From Candidatus Magasanikiibacteriota bacterium (GTDB lineage Bacteria; Patescibacteriota; Patescibacteriia; Magasanikbacterales; UBA922), in NCBI GenBank assembly GCA_042218065.1, contig JBDGRL010000005.1:338-64337 (forward strand): a stretch of DNA of 64,000 bases. Reading direction: 5' to 3'. The notes beneath the pieces were generated by a model. The model had not been told where the DNA came from. It saw only the letters and a list, made by a program, of their open reading frames with translations, and searched no databases. Of the stretch, positions 28,540 through 37,969 are shown piece after piece. A program made the position numbers and the translations under genes. How positions within the stretch are numbered: the first letter of the stretch is position 1; each line of letters begins with the position of its first letter.

Positions 28540-28594
28540 GGCAGTTACCTATTTTATACTTAATCTAAAGCAAAAAATGATTCGAAAATGGTTG

Positions 28595-28665
28595 CTCGGG
28601 AGCCAGGATTCGAACCTGGATTTCGAGGACCAGAACCTCGCGTCCTACCATTAGACGACTCCCGA
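28595..28665 (-). tRNA. tRNA-Gln (anticodon CTG).
   Basis: Minus-strand sequence TCGGGAG-TC-GTCT-AATGGTA-GGAC-G-CGAGG-TTCTGGT-CCTCG-AAAT-CCAGG-TTCGAAT-CCTGG-CTCCCGA-G. Confidence 0.8.
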
Positions 28666-28701
28666 ATAGAAACTTTATGATCTAAATGGGTAATTTTACA
28701 A

Positions 28702-30372
28702 CTAATTTACTACCTCACCTCCTAGAGCAGCTGCTATTTCTTCGACTTCTTCATCATCCTCATCTGTGCCCACAGTTACTTCCATCGAGACATCTTTATC
28801 GATAGCTGTGCAAAGAGCCTGCTTTACATGTTTTTGATTTTCTTTTTGTGTTAATTTTTCTTTGTGGAAGCCGTACTCGACCTCTATTTTAACTGTACCT
28901 TCTTCTGCTTCGACAGCTTGAGCCATTTTTAAGATAAAAACTAGAGAAGGGGAGCGATCTTCTATCTCTTCTATAAACTTATTCCAATTTTCTTTAGTTT
29001 CCTCTAGGAGTTGCTTATCCCCTTTATCTTTGGTTTCTTTTTCATTTTTATTCTCTCTATCTTGCTTTCTTTCTTGTGTTGATTCATTCTTTGAAGAGCT
29101 GGTGTCATCTTTTGCCTTTTGTGGTTGATTTGCGTTTGTTTGGTTGCTTTGTTTTGATTTTTGAGGTTCTTCATTTTTTTGTTCTGAGTTTTGGTCTTTA
29201 TTTTTGTTGGAAGAGGAGTCACTCTTTTTGGTTGTGTTAGGCTTTTTTGGGTTATTTTTAGAATCAGGACTATGGCTGCTGCTTGGTTCACACCACTGTA
29301 GTACCAGTAGTTCAATTGGCAGTTGTGGTAGAGGGGCTTGCTTAATTTCTTCTTTTCTTTCTAGGAACAGGTCTGCTAAGTCCACTATTTGATTGTAGCT
29401 AATTTTTTTCGTGTATTGCGTCAGTGTTTTTTTAACCTCTTTTGTAAAATCAACCCCAGCTCGGTTGCTCTTTGCTTCTGCTTTTTTCATCATCATAAAT
29501 CTAAGTAGCTCAATGCAGTCTAAAGTGAACTCAGGCATATGCACCCCTTCTTGGGCTAGCCTATTAACTTTTCTTAAGCCTTCTTTAGTATCTTCTTCTA
29601 GTAAAATATTAATAAATTCTAGTGCATCTTCATTTTTTGCTTTTGGTAAGATCAATGAAGCTGTTTCTTCAGTTATTTCTCCATCTTCACTAGTGGAGTT
29701 AAGCTGATCTAGTAGGCTGATACCATCTCGTATACACCCATCACTTTTATCTATGATTCTGTTTAGGATACTATCCGAAACTTCAATCTTTTCTTTTTCA
29801 GCTATTTTTTCTAAATGTTCCTTAAAAACTTCGTGTGGTATTTTTTTGAAGTCGAATCTCTGGCATCTAGAGACGATTGTATCTGGTAATTCTTCAGGTT
29901 CAGTAGTTGCTAATACAAATACTACATATTCAGGAGGTTCTTCCAGTGTTTTGAGTAGAGCATTGAAGGCGCTTTTAGAGAGCATGTGTACCTCGTCGAT
30001 AATGAACACTTTGTAGTCCAGTTTTGTAGGTTGGAATTGAGCGTTTTCTATTATTTGATCTCTTACATTCTGAACACCTGTGTGACTGGCTGCATCAATC
30101 TCAATTACATCGATTGACCTGGATTCGTTTATTTCTTTACAACATTGAGTAGAGTTGTCAGGCTCCACTTCGCTTCCTTCTTTGGTCGGGCAGTTTAGTG
30201 ATTTTGCCAATGTTCTAGCTGTAGTAGTTTTTCCTATACCCCGAGGTCCAGAAAAAAGATAAGCATGAGAGAAATCTCCTTCTTTTAGTTGGTTTTTAAG
30301 GGTTTTAGTAACGTGCTCTTGTCCTATAATTTCGGAAAAATTCTGGGGTCTGTAATCATGATAAAGTGCCAT
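28702..30372 (-). CDS. dnaX: DNA polymerase III subunit gamma/tau.
   Basis: MALYHDYRPQNFSEIIGQEHV...LFSGPRGIGKTTTAR (AAA+ Walker A), clamp-loader motifs, and a low-complexity K/N/Q-rich C-terminal half. Confidence 0.85.
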   Translation of the reverse strand: MALYHDYRPQNFSEIIGQEHVTKTLKNQLKEGDFSHAYLFSGPRGIGKTTTARTLAKSLNCPTKEGSEVEPDNSTQCCKEINESRSIDVIEIDAASHTGVQNVRDQIIENAQFQPTKLDYKVFIIDEVHMLSKSAFNALLKTLEEPPEYVVFVLATTEPEELPDTIVSRCQRFDFKKIPHEVFKEHLEKIAEKEKIEVSDSILNRIIDKSDGCIRDGISLLDQLNSTSEDGEITEETASLILPKAKNEDALEFINILLEEDTKEGLRKVNRLAQEGVHMPEFTLDCIELLRFMMMKKAEAKSNRAGVDFTKEVKKTLTQYTKKISYNQIVDLADLFLERKEEIKQAPLPQLPIELLVLQWCEPSSSHSPDSKNNPKKPNTTKKSDSSSNKNKDQNSEQKNEEPQKSKQSNQTNANQPQKAKDDTSSSKNESTQERKQDRENKNEKETKDKGDKQLLEETKENWNKFIEEIEDRSPSLVFILKMAQAVEAEEGTVKIEVEYGFHKEKLTQKENQKHVKQALCTAIDKDVSMEVTVGTDEDDEEVEEIAAALGGEVVN

Positions 30373-30440
30373 GTGATAAGTAGTTTCTAAAGTATTATGC
30401 AGAAATTATTATACACTAAGCTAATCTATTTTTCAATTTA

Positions 30441-30469
30441 TTGCATCTTAATTTTATGTGTGGTATACT
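30441..30469 (+). promoter_or_regulatory. Sigma70-type promoter for the SWIB gene (TTGCAT, 17-nt spacer, TATACT).
   Basis: TTGCAT at 30441-30446 and TATACT at 30464-30469. Confidence 0.4.
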
Positions 30470-30537
30470 TATTTTAACCAAGCTTAAAGGCTTTAGCCTG
30501 TCAGTCTTTAGTTTTAATTAATTTTAATATTTATATC

Positions 30538-30801
30538 ATGGCTGACGACTCACCATTGATGAAGCCTATGGATTTATCTGATGAGCTTCAGGCGATCGTA
30601 GGCGAGGAATCACTGCCTAGAGGTCAAGTTATGAAGAAGGTTTGGGAGTATATTAAGTCCAATGACCTTCAGGTTGAGGAGAATAAGAGGCAGATTAAGG
30701 CAGACGATAAGCTCCGTCCTATTTTTGACGGACAAGACCAAATTAGTATGTTTGAGATGACCAAACTGGTTTCTCAGCACATGACTGATCCAGAAAAGTA
30801 A
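30538..30801 (+). CDS. SWIB/MDM2 domain protein.
   Basis: LSDELQAIVGEESLPRGQVMKKVWEYIKSNDLQ...KRQIKADDKLRPIF...ISMFEMTKLVSQHM is the SWIB fold consensus. Confidence 0.75.
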   Translation: MADDSPLMKPMDLSDELQAIVGEESLPRGQVMKKVWEYIKSNDLQVEENKRQIKADDKLRPIFDGQDQISMFEMTKLVSQHMTDPEK

Positions 30802-30826
30802 TTTCACAATTGGGATTAGAATTTAA

Positions 30827-30856
30827 CAGACCCCTCTTCTTGGGGTCTGTTTTATT
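30827..30856 (+). terminator. Rho-independent terminator after the SWIB gene.
   Basis: CAGACCCC-tcttctt-GGGGTCTG followed by TTTTATT. Confidence 0.75.
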
Positions 30857-30911
30857 ATATTTTGTGGTTTTTTGTGTTTTACTTTTAAAAATATTTTCAA
30901 TTAGTGTGATT

Positions 30912-32462
30912 TTATATTTTAAAAATAGTGAACTCCTCATTTTTAAAAATCTCGTGAATTTTTTTGTGTTTGTTCAAAGCTTTTAATAATAATTTGTCTT
31001 GGGTATTGTTTAGTACTATATAATCGACTCCCAAACTTTTGAAGCTTCTCTCAATCCTTTTAAGGTATGTTTTCATATCCTGCTGAATACACAGATTATT
31101 TTTAGGACAAGGTAAAGATTTTTTTGACAAATTAAACCAAAGCTGATACTTATTTTTGTTGTAGTTGTATGCAAAAACTGGATCGAATCCGGTTATATAC
31201 CTATTTTTTTGATTAAAGTAGAAAAATTCTGGAAAGTAAGACCAGTTGCTGAAAAATACAACTTCATCTTTTTTTGATTTTTCTTTCAAGAATAGAGAGG
31301 TCTGTCTAATTTGATCAAGTCGATCTTTGTCATTTGCTAATATTTTATCAACGGTAAGTGTTCCGTTTAAAAGCAAAAGAACTGATAGGAGTCCTATTAC
31401 CGAACCTTTTATTATTTTTTTGTATTTTATCTTTTTAGTATTAAGGTGGTCTAATTTTACTTCTGAAAAAATTGACGCAGAAAAGAAAACTGCAAAAGGG
31501 TGCCAGTATTCTATAGCTCTAGGTATAAACATCATTACGATAAACCAACCGCAACTAATTAGAAATAATGGCAAGAACTTTTTTAGCTTTTGATGATTAT
31601 ACGCCCCCATAAAAACAGCAGTTGCAACCATGAAAATAGCTAAAGAAAAATAGTTTTTAGTTATAAGCTCAAAGAAGCTATTTAAGTTAATTTCACTACC
31701 CGTAGGCAGTTGAATACCTGATAATTTCAGGTAGAATATTTCTATAATTTGGACATAGATCTGATGTAAATAGTTTAAAGATTTAGGGTGGAGTGTTATA
31801 CCTACAGACACCCCCACAAAAGAATAAAGCAGAGGCTTCCAATTAATACGAGTATTTTTTATCATTGAACTTACTAAAAAAGAGGCTGCTACAGGTATAG
31901 TAAAGACCCCCAAAGTATAGTATAAGGAATAAAAGGCAGACAATATTATCAGCAGCCACCACCTTTTTTCCTTCATGAGGTAGTATGAAAATAGAATCAA
32001 AGGTATAGCCAAGAGAAAAGACCGGATTAAGAAAAGCCTAGATAAGAATAGAGAAGAGGAGAGTAAAAAAAGTATAGTCCAAACATGAGGTCTTTTAATT
32101 TTATTTACCCTTAGGAGAAAATAAAAACTGGAGACGATTACAGCTGACATTAAAGAGCCTAGTATCTTAAAGCCCAACTCTTTACCGAATAGAGCAATAA
32201 ACTCTCCTCCCATTTTATGAAAGAGGAAGTAGGGATCTACAGTATAATCAGAAGAGAAAAAATGTAATTTGATCCAGTTTTGAGTATAATAAAGTTTGTC
32301 TTGATAAAATACGCTGTGGGTGGCGTGGTAATATGGGTCTGAACCAAAAAACCCTTCTAAATTAATATGAACTGCTAAAAAGAACAAGAAAGAAATTAAA
32401 AACCAGGCAAATATAAAAAAGTAGTCTCTTTTACTAAAAATTTTTTTTATTTTAGAAGACAT
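30912..32462 (-). CDS. Polytopic integral membrane protein with a C-terminal soluble domain. Possibly a GT-C-fold glycosyltransferase-like protein (weak call); last gene of the coupling-ATPase operon.
   Basis: About 10 predicted TM helices in the first ~350 aa, with an acidic GSDPYYHA motif in the first loop and a ~165-aa hydrophilic C-terminus. Its start overlaps the stop of the upstream gene (32452-32462). Confidence 0.5.
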   Translation of the reverse strand: MSSKIKKIFSKRDYFFIFAWFLISFLFFLAVHINLEGFFGSDPYYHATHSVFYQDKLYYTQNWIKLHFFSSDYTVDPYFLFHKMGGEFIALFGKELGFKILGSLMSAVIVSSFYFLLRVNKIKRPHVWTILFLLSSSLFLSRLFLIRSFLLAIPLILFSYYLMKEKRWWLLIILSAFYSLYYTLGVFTIPVAASFLVSSMIKNTRINWKPLLYSFVGVSVGITLHPKSLNYLHQIYVQIIEIFYLKLSGIQLPTGSEINLNSFFELITKNYFSLAIFMVATAVFMGAYNHQKLKKFLPLFLISCGWFIVMMFIPRAIEYWHPFAVFFSASIFSEVKLDHLNTKKIKYKKIIKGSVIGLLSVLLLLNGTLTVDKILANDKDRLDQIRQTSLFLKEKSKKDEVVFFSNWSYFPEFFYFNQKNRYITGFDPVFAYNYNKNKYQLWFNLSKKSLPCPKNNLCIQQDMKTYLKRIERSFKSLGVDYIVLNNTQDKLLLKALNKHKKIHEIFKNEEFTIFKI

Positions 32463-33114
32463 TTTCTACTGCAGCCCAGTTACTTTTGGCGTGCTTGGGT
32501 ACCAATATCACCACCTTGTCTCCTTCATTTATATTTTTCTTTTCTACGAAATCTTCCCTTACCTGAAACTGTTTAGAGTCTGTTTCTACTCTATAGTGGT
32601 CATTGTAGCTTAATGTTCCAATTAATCTTTTCTTTTCGACACACTCTACAGTTTCGTAACTGTATGAACCATCGTCTTTGACTTTTAAATTGAGCAGATC
32701 ACCTTCTACTAGCTTTTTCTGGTCAGCGAACTCGTAAGGCACTTCATATTTATTAGTGTCAGAACCGATCATATATTTTCCATCAAATACACCTTCAAGT
32801 TCATCTACTATCTGTGGTTCATTTTCATTTATTTCCTGCTGAGAGTTTTGCTGTAGTAGTGTTATTATTTTATCTAGCTTATTTGCTATCTGATCTAGTT
32901 TATTATTAAGATTTTTATTCTGCTTTAGTTCAGCCTTTTTTTCTTTTTTGTCTTTTTCAGTAGATTTAGGTGTTTCTGTGCTCTGTATCTTTTGTTTAAT
33001 TTTACCTTTTTTGTCTGTTTTTTGTTTTTTTGTTTTATTATTTTGATCCGAATTATTTGAGGCTTTAGGCAGGTCGTCAGAATTTTCTTGCATGATTTCA
33101 GATATAGAATCCAT
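32452..33114 (-). CDS. Hypothetical protein with a K/Q-rich N-terminus and a beta-rich C-terminal domain.
   Basis: No known motif; translationally coupled between the ATPase gene and the membrane-protein gene. Confidence 0.5.
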   Translation of the reverse strand: MDSISEIMQENSDDLPKASNNSDQNNKTKKQKTDKKGKIKQKIQSTETPKSTEKDKKEKKAELKQNKNLNNKLDQIANKLDKIITLLQQNSQQEINENEPQIVDELEGVFDGKYMIGSDTNKYEVPYEFADQKKLVEGDLLNLKVKDDGSYSYETVECVEKKRLIGTLSYNDHYRVETDSKQFQVREDFVEKKNINEGDKVVILVPKHAKSNWAAVENVF

Positions 33115-33136
33115 AGTATTTTATTAATTGTTAATT

Positions 33137-35746
33137 TTATAAAGATGGTTCGGAAAGATCTTTTTCGCCTTGGTCATTTTTACCTAGTTGAGTTCTTTCT
33201 AGTATCTCTTGTTCTACTATTTCACGATCCCTACCATATTTTAATCTCGATAATTCTTTTATTGATTCAGCCATTTCTTCATTTCCTTCTTCTGGTGGTG
33301 GTGCACCCATCAGAAATGGTTTTGTGGGATTGGTATCGACTATTAATTTAGTGTACCAGTGGTACTTAGGTGGTTTGATGAGATCTTGAGATCCAAATGT
33401 TGGGGCAAACTCTTTTGCTAGTATTTCAGCATCATCAGGTCCTATTCTACCAGACATAATTGAGCCGACGTTCCCCAGTACTGCATCTCTGACTGATGTA
33501 TCACCTTGCTCATCTTCTAACTGTCCCATGTATTGGTGTGCCATAATTAAAGACAATCTATATTTTCTTGCCTCAGAGAGAATTGTGGATATAGATTCGG
33601 TGACAAAGTTTTGGAACTCGTCTATATATAGGTAAAAATCATTTCTTTCTTCTTCAGGCATATCAGCTCGTGCCAACGCAACCATTTGTAGTTTTGCTAC
33701 AAAGATCAGCCCCAGTAGTTTTGCATTTACCTCGCCGGTTTTACCTTTAGCAAGGTTGATTATAAGAATTTTACCTTCGTCCATTGCTTCTCTAAAGTCG
33801 AAACTAGACTCTTGTTGGCCCAGTATGTTTCTCATCATTTTATTTTCTGCAAATCTACCTACCTTAGAAATTACATACCCCAGCATTTCTGATTTATGGT
33901 AGTCAGAGGTTTGTTCCATTTCTTCTTCCCAGTAGTTCCTTACTACCGGGTCGTCAAGATCATCCATAAACTCATCTACATAATCTTCATCAGAGAACAT
34001 TCGTGGTATATCTATAACGGTTCCCGGGTTGTCTAAGTCAGCCATTAGGGTAAGCATGCAGTTTCTCATATGGTGTTCAAACATCGGTCCGATCATATCC
34101 GGGGGGAAAAGTTCATAAAAAATACTTACCATTCCTTGCACTGCGAGATCTTTTTGTTCTTCGTTGTCAGCCTCAAGCATGTTTATCCCCATAGGTCGTT
34201 CCATATCTGCCGGATTGAAGTAAATTACATCATCCGCTCTTTCTTTTGGTACAAAACTCAAGGCTTTTTCAGCCAAATCACCGTGAGGGTCTACCACACC
34301 ACAGCCATTACCGTTTCTAATGTCCTGTTTGACCATGTTTTCTATATGAACCGTTTTACCACTTCCGGTTTTTCCTATCATGTAAAGATGTCTTCTCCTG
34401 TCTGATTTTTTGATGTACACATCTTCTTCTTCCCCACGATAGTCTACAAAACCAACTTTTAATCCGGTTTTTGGGATATTTGACGGAGGTGCAGATCTTC
34501 TACCAGTCAGCCAATCTATATTTGGAGCTTCAGTAGAAGGTAGAGGTAGGTGCCATAGAGAGGCCATCTCCTCAGTATTAGCAACAAAAGCTTGTTTTTC
34601 TTTAAATGATCTGTATATATAATCTCTTATCACCTTTTTCTGTTTTTTTGGTATATATGCTTCTAGGTTATTGCCGTACTGATATATATTGTATTGACCG
34701 AAAGCATTTAAAATGTTGTCTAAATTGTTTCTGGCAGTTTCTTCTGTATCTGCTGCGCTAATTACTCTAAGAGTAGTTTCTAAACCTCCTTTAGATATTT
34801 TTTCTTCAATACCTTCCAATAATTCTTGTTCCTTAGATGATGGTTGATAATTATCATCTTGTTTCTGTTGGTTTTCAGGGGATTTGGCTTGCTGAAATAA
34901 TTCATGGCCTATTACTTTTAAGCCATCTAAAATCTTATCAACTATAGTTTTATTGGCAACTTTTTCTATTTTTTCACCTTTTTTTACTTCTCTAACTACA
35001 CTTTTCCCTTTTTTCCTCCACTTGTTTCTTGATGGTCTTACTACAAATTGAATTGCTGCACTAGCGTTAGCAGTTTGTATGCTTGATAATGGGTTTAATA
35101 GTGAATCCAAAGGGTCTGATTCTAGGTCTTGGTAAGTTTTAAGAGGGAAGTAGTCTGGTTTTTCTGTATTTAGATAGGCACCTAAAATATGACTATCTTT
35201 ATGGAAAATATTATAATCAGCAACTTCTTCAATTTTTGCGTCCGGATATTGGCTGAAAACTTGTTGTTTTATGAAATCTTTTTTCTCAACTGGTACATCA
35301 ATGTAAAATTTGATTAGCTGATTTTCTACAACTATTTCTAGTGAGAAATCGTCTCTTTTTCCTGTAAACCAGTTTATTATTTTACTAAAGAACCCTCCTG
35401 TAGATAAGCTAGCAATAGCAGAGAAGAAGGTTTCTGCAACTGCAATATCTTCCTTCACTTGTTCTAACCTTTCATCCTCTTCTACTTTTCCGCCTTCACC
35501 TTCTGATTTTTTTGTAGATGGGACTAATATTTGAAGTGCAACGGTATTAAAGGACTTGGCTTTTTGGTATTTTTTATACAATATCGCTCTTAAAATGAAA
35601 GCAATCCCTACTAATATTGCGATTATAATCAATCCTATTACAAACCAAGTAAAATAAACTGATTCGGTAATACTTTGGGTAAAACCCGCAAAAGTAAGAG
35701 ACTGGTTATTTGGTTGAGCTGTAAATTGAATTAGTAGAGTTAACAT
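33137..35746 (-). CDS. Type IV coupling protein (TrwB/TraD/VirD4-family) ATPase homolog with a ~430-aa novel N-terminal domain and a single N-terminal TM helix.
   Basis: HLYMIGKTGSGKTVHIENMVKQDIRNGNGCGVVDPHGDLAEKALSFVPKERADDVIYFNPAD matches the TrwB Walker A / VVDPNGD block. YLYIDEFQNFV...EARKYRLSLIMAHQYMGQL matches the TraG-D_C Walker B/QS..QL region. TM helix WFVIGLIIIAILVGIAFIL. Confidence 0.7.
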   Translation of the reverse strand: MLTLLIQFTAQPNNQSLTFAGFTQSITESVYFTWFVIGLIIIAILVGIAFILRAILYKKYQKAKSFNTVALQILVPSTKKSEGEGGKVEEDERLEQVKEDIAVAETFFSAIASLSTGGFFSKIINWFTGKRDDFSLEIVVENQLIKFYIDVPVEKKDFIKQQVFSQYPDAKIEEVADYNIFHKDSHILGAYLNTEKPDYFPLKTYQDLESDPLDSLLNPLSSIQTANASAAIQFVVRPSRNKWRKKGKSVVREVKKGEKIEKVANKTIVDKILDGLKVIGHELFQQAKSPENQQKQDDNYQPSSKEQELLEGIEEKISKGGLETTLRVISAADTEETARNNLDNILNAFGQYNIYQYGNNLEAYIPKKQKKVIRDYIYRSFKEKQAFVANTEEMASLWHLPLPSTEAPNIDWLTGRRSAPPSNIPKTGLKVGFVDYRGEEEDVYIKKSDRRRHLYMIGKTGSGKTVHIENMVKQDIRNGNGCGVVDPHGDLAEKALSFVPKERADDVIYFNPADMERPMGINMLEADNEEQKDLAVQGMVSIFYELFPPDMIGPMFEHHMRNCMLTLMADLDNPGTVIDIPRMFSDEDYVDEFMDDLDDPVVRNYWEEEMEQTSDYHKSEMLGYVISKVGRFAENKMMRNILGQQESSFDFREAMDEGKILIINLAKGKTGEVNAKLLGLIFVAKLQMVALARADMPEEERNDFYLYIDEFQNFVTESISTILSEARKYRLSLIMAHQYMGQLEDEQGDTSVRDAVLGNVGSIMSGRIGPDDAEILAKEFAPTFGSQDLIKPPKYHWYTKLIVDTNPTKPFLMGAPPPEEGNEEMAESIKELSRLKYGRDREIVEQEILERTQLGKNDQGEKDLSEPSL

Positions 35747-35776
35747 CTTTGGCTATGGACTAAATTTAGAGAGTGT

Positions 35777-36355
35777 TTATCCTTCTTTTATATTTATATC
35801 TTTCTTCTCCTCTGATTTTTCTGGTTTTTGTGTTTGTTCTAGCTTTACTATCTTGTCAGCTTTTATCTTTGCTTCTTGTTCCAAGAAATACTTATTTACT
35901 CCTGGTAGGGTTTTGAGCCACTCAAAAATTAGCTGAAAAATTTTTTTTACTTTTGCTTTTCCTTGTTTAATTAGGTTTCTAATCTTTTGAGCAGTTTCTT
36001 CCCCTTTCATTTTAAACTCTTGTTGTTGCACTGGTGTCAATTCCTTGTATGCATCTTCTAAATCCTGTTCAAGGATGCTTTCTATTTCTTCGGTTAACTC
36101 ATCTTTTTGTCTGGGTTTTTTTACTGAACTACCTCCTTTCTTTTTTTGTTTCTTTTGTATTCCGGCTCTTGTTTTTTGAACTTCCTCTTGCTTTTTTGGA
36201 GACTCTTGCTCTTTTTCTTCTTGTTTTTCTTTCTTTTCTTTGGTTTTTGGTTCCTCAGTTTGTTCTTTTGGGGGTTGCTCACCTCCTTCTCTTTCTGTTT
36301 TATTTGTTTCCTCCGGCTTTTGTTGTGTTTCTTTAGTTGAGTCTTGTTGAGGCAT
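35777..36355 (-). CDS. Highly charged K/E-rich hypothetical protein; first gene of the coupling-ATPase operon.
   Basis: 192 aa, low-complexity EK-rich N-half, predicted helical C-half. A 30-nt gap separates it from the ATPase gene. Confidence 0.5.
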   Translation of the reverse strand: MPQQDSTKETQQKPEETNKTEREGGEQPPKEQTEEPKTKEKKEKQEEKEQESPKKQEEVQKTRAGIQKKQKKKGGSSVKKPRQKDELTEEIESILEQDLEDAYKELTPVQQQEFKMKGEETAQKIRNLIKQGKAKVKKIFQLIFEWLKTLPGVNKYFLEQEAKIKADKIVKLEQTQKPEKSEEKKDINIKEG

Positions 36356-36512
36356 AAGATTGAGTATATGATTGATGTATAGTATATCACAAAAAAGTCT
36401 TAATTCTAATTTTGAAAATGAGAAATGTTAAGTGATATTTTAAAAATAGAGTTTGGTACTTCCTAAGCTTTACTAGTCAGATAAGTTGATTGTTCCAGTT
36501 TGTGGGTGTTTA

Positions 36513-37379
36513 CTATTCCATTTTAGTGACCCAATGACGGTTATATTCTACCTCAAGATCAAGATATATTTTTTTATTCAAAGCATATTCTAATTCTTTT
36601 CTAGCCATTCTTCCTATTTGCTTTATTTTTTGTCCGTTTTCTCCTATTAACATACTCTTGTGATTCTCTTTGTTTGTTATTATTCGTGCTTCTATTACAA
36701 ACATATCCTTACCTTCTTCGTCTTCTTTTAATTCTATTTTATCTACTTTAGCTGTAGTTGAATAAGGTATCTCTTGGCGCATAGCATCATAAATTTTTTC
36801 TCTCAGAATCTCTTCTACCCATACCTCTTTGGTGATATTAGTTAGCTGATCTTCCGGGTATAGTTTTTCTCCTTCCGGAAGCAACTTCATTATTTCTTTT
36901 TTTAGTGGGTCTAATCCTTTATTTTGTTTGGCTGAAACTTCGAATGTGGCTTCAAAATTAGGCTCCCATATTTTATAATCTTGTCTGTATTTTATGTTTT
37001 CCTTTCCAACATCCATTTTGTTGACCACCATTATTTTTGGTTTGTCCAAATGTCTTACCATTCCATAAACTGTTCTTTCTTCATCTCCTATTTTTCTAGT
37101 TGGGTCTACCACATACAGTATCAGATCCACACCTTCAGTAGCTTCTTCAGCTTTCTCTTTCAACTTTGAGTTGAGCTGAGTTTTCGCTCCTTTAAATACT
37201 CCCGGAGTATCTATAAATACTGCCTGGCCTTCATCAGTATTCATAACACCATGCAGGTGATGTCTAGTTAATTGTGGTGTGTTGCTCGTAGCTGCAATTT
37301 TTCTCCCCACTAGTGCATTCATCAAAGTAGATTTTCCAACATTTGATCTACCAATTATTGAAACTAGTCCTGATTTCAT
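36513..37379 (-). CDS. era: GTPase Era.
   Basis: G1 GRSNVGKST, G3 DTPG, G4 NKMD, and a C-terminal KH domain. Confidence 0.85.
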   Translation of the reverse strand: MKSGLVSIIGRSNVGKSTLMNALVGRKIAATSNTPQLTRHHLHGVMNTDEGQAVFIDTPGVFKGAKTQLNSKLKEKAEEATEGVDLILYVVDPTRKIGDEERTVYGMVRHLDKPKIMVVNKMDVGKENIKYRQDYKIWEPNFEATFEVSAKQNKGLDPLKKEIMKLLPEGEKLYPEDQLTNITKEVWVEEILREKIYDAMRQEIPYSTTAKVDKIELKEDEEGKDMFVIEARIITNKENHKSMLIGENGQKIKQIGRMARKELEYALNKKIYLDLEVEYNRHWVTKME

Positions 37380-37515
37380 TTTTATTTATATTTAGTTTAA
37401 TTTTTTGTTAATACAAACACTATAGTAGCATTTTTTTGGTAATTTTACAAGTTCGTGATAAGATTTAAGTGAAGCTATGTTTATTATTTTATTCGGTTAA
37501 AGAAATTATAAACTT

Positions 37516-37962
37516 ATGAAAGTTATATTAACAGAAAGAGTAAAGGAGCAGGGCGAAAAGGGGGATGTTGTAGAAGTTAGCGCTGGTTATGCTAGGAACT
37601 ACTTAATTCCTAATAATTTAGCAAAACCTGCTTCAGATGAAAACATATCTGAGATTAAACAAAAAAGGAAAGAAGAAAAGAAGCAGGAAAATAAGAAACA
37701 TGAGCAGGCACAAAAAAGGTATTCTAGGCTAAATGGGGCTACTATAAATTTACAAAAGCCCGCTAATGAGGATGGCGGTTTGTACGCTTCTGTAAGCAAG
37801 GAAGATGTAGTCCAGTCTATAAAAGATTTTTGTGGCATAAAGCTAAGACAAGATCAAATCGAGTTTCCTCAAGAGATTAAAAGTACAGGTTCTAGTAAAG
37901 TTGAGGTAGCTTTGGCGGATGATAGTCGTGCTGAGTTAAATTTAAACATACAGCCTCAATAA
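37516..37962 (+). CDS. rplI: 50S ribosomal protein L9.
   Basis: MKVILTERVKEQGEKGDVVEVSAGYARNYLIPNNLA is the L9 N-domain signature. Confidence 0.85.
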   Translation: MKVILTERVKEQGEKGDVVEVSAGYARNYLIPNNLAKPASDENISEIKQKRKEEKKQENKKHEQAQKRYSRLNGATINLQKPANEDGGLYASVSKEDVVQSIKDFCGIKLRQDQIEFPQEIKSTGSSKVEVALADDSRAELNLNIQPQ

Positions 37963-37969
37963 TTTAATC

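Noticed and set aside
36034-36390. Several ORFs (36034-36336 +, 36146-36340 +, 36121-36390 -) overlapping the K/E-rich gene.
   Set aside because: They are low-complexity reflections of the AAG/GAA-rich coding strand, with Leu/Phe-rich or Lys-rich nonsense composition.
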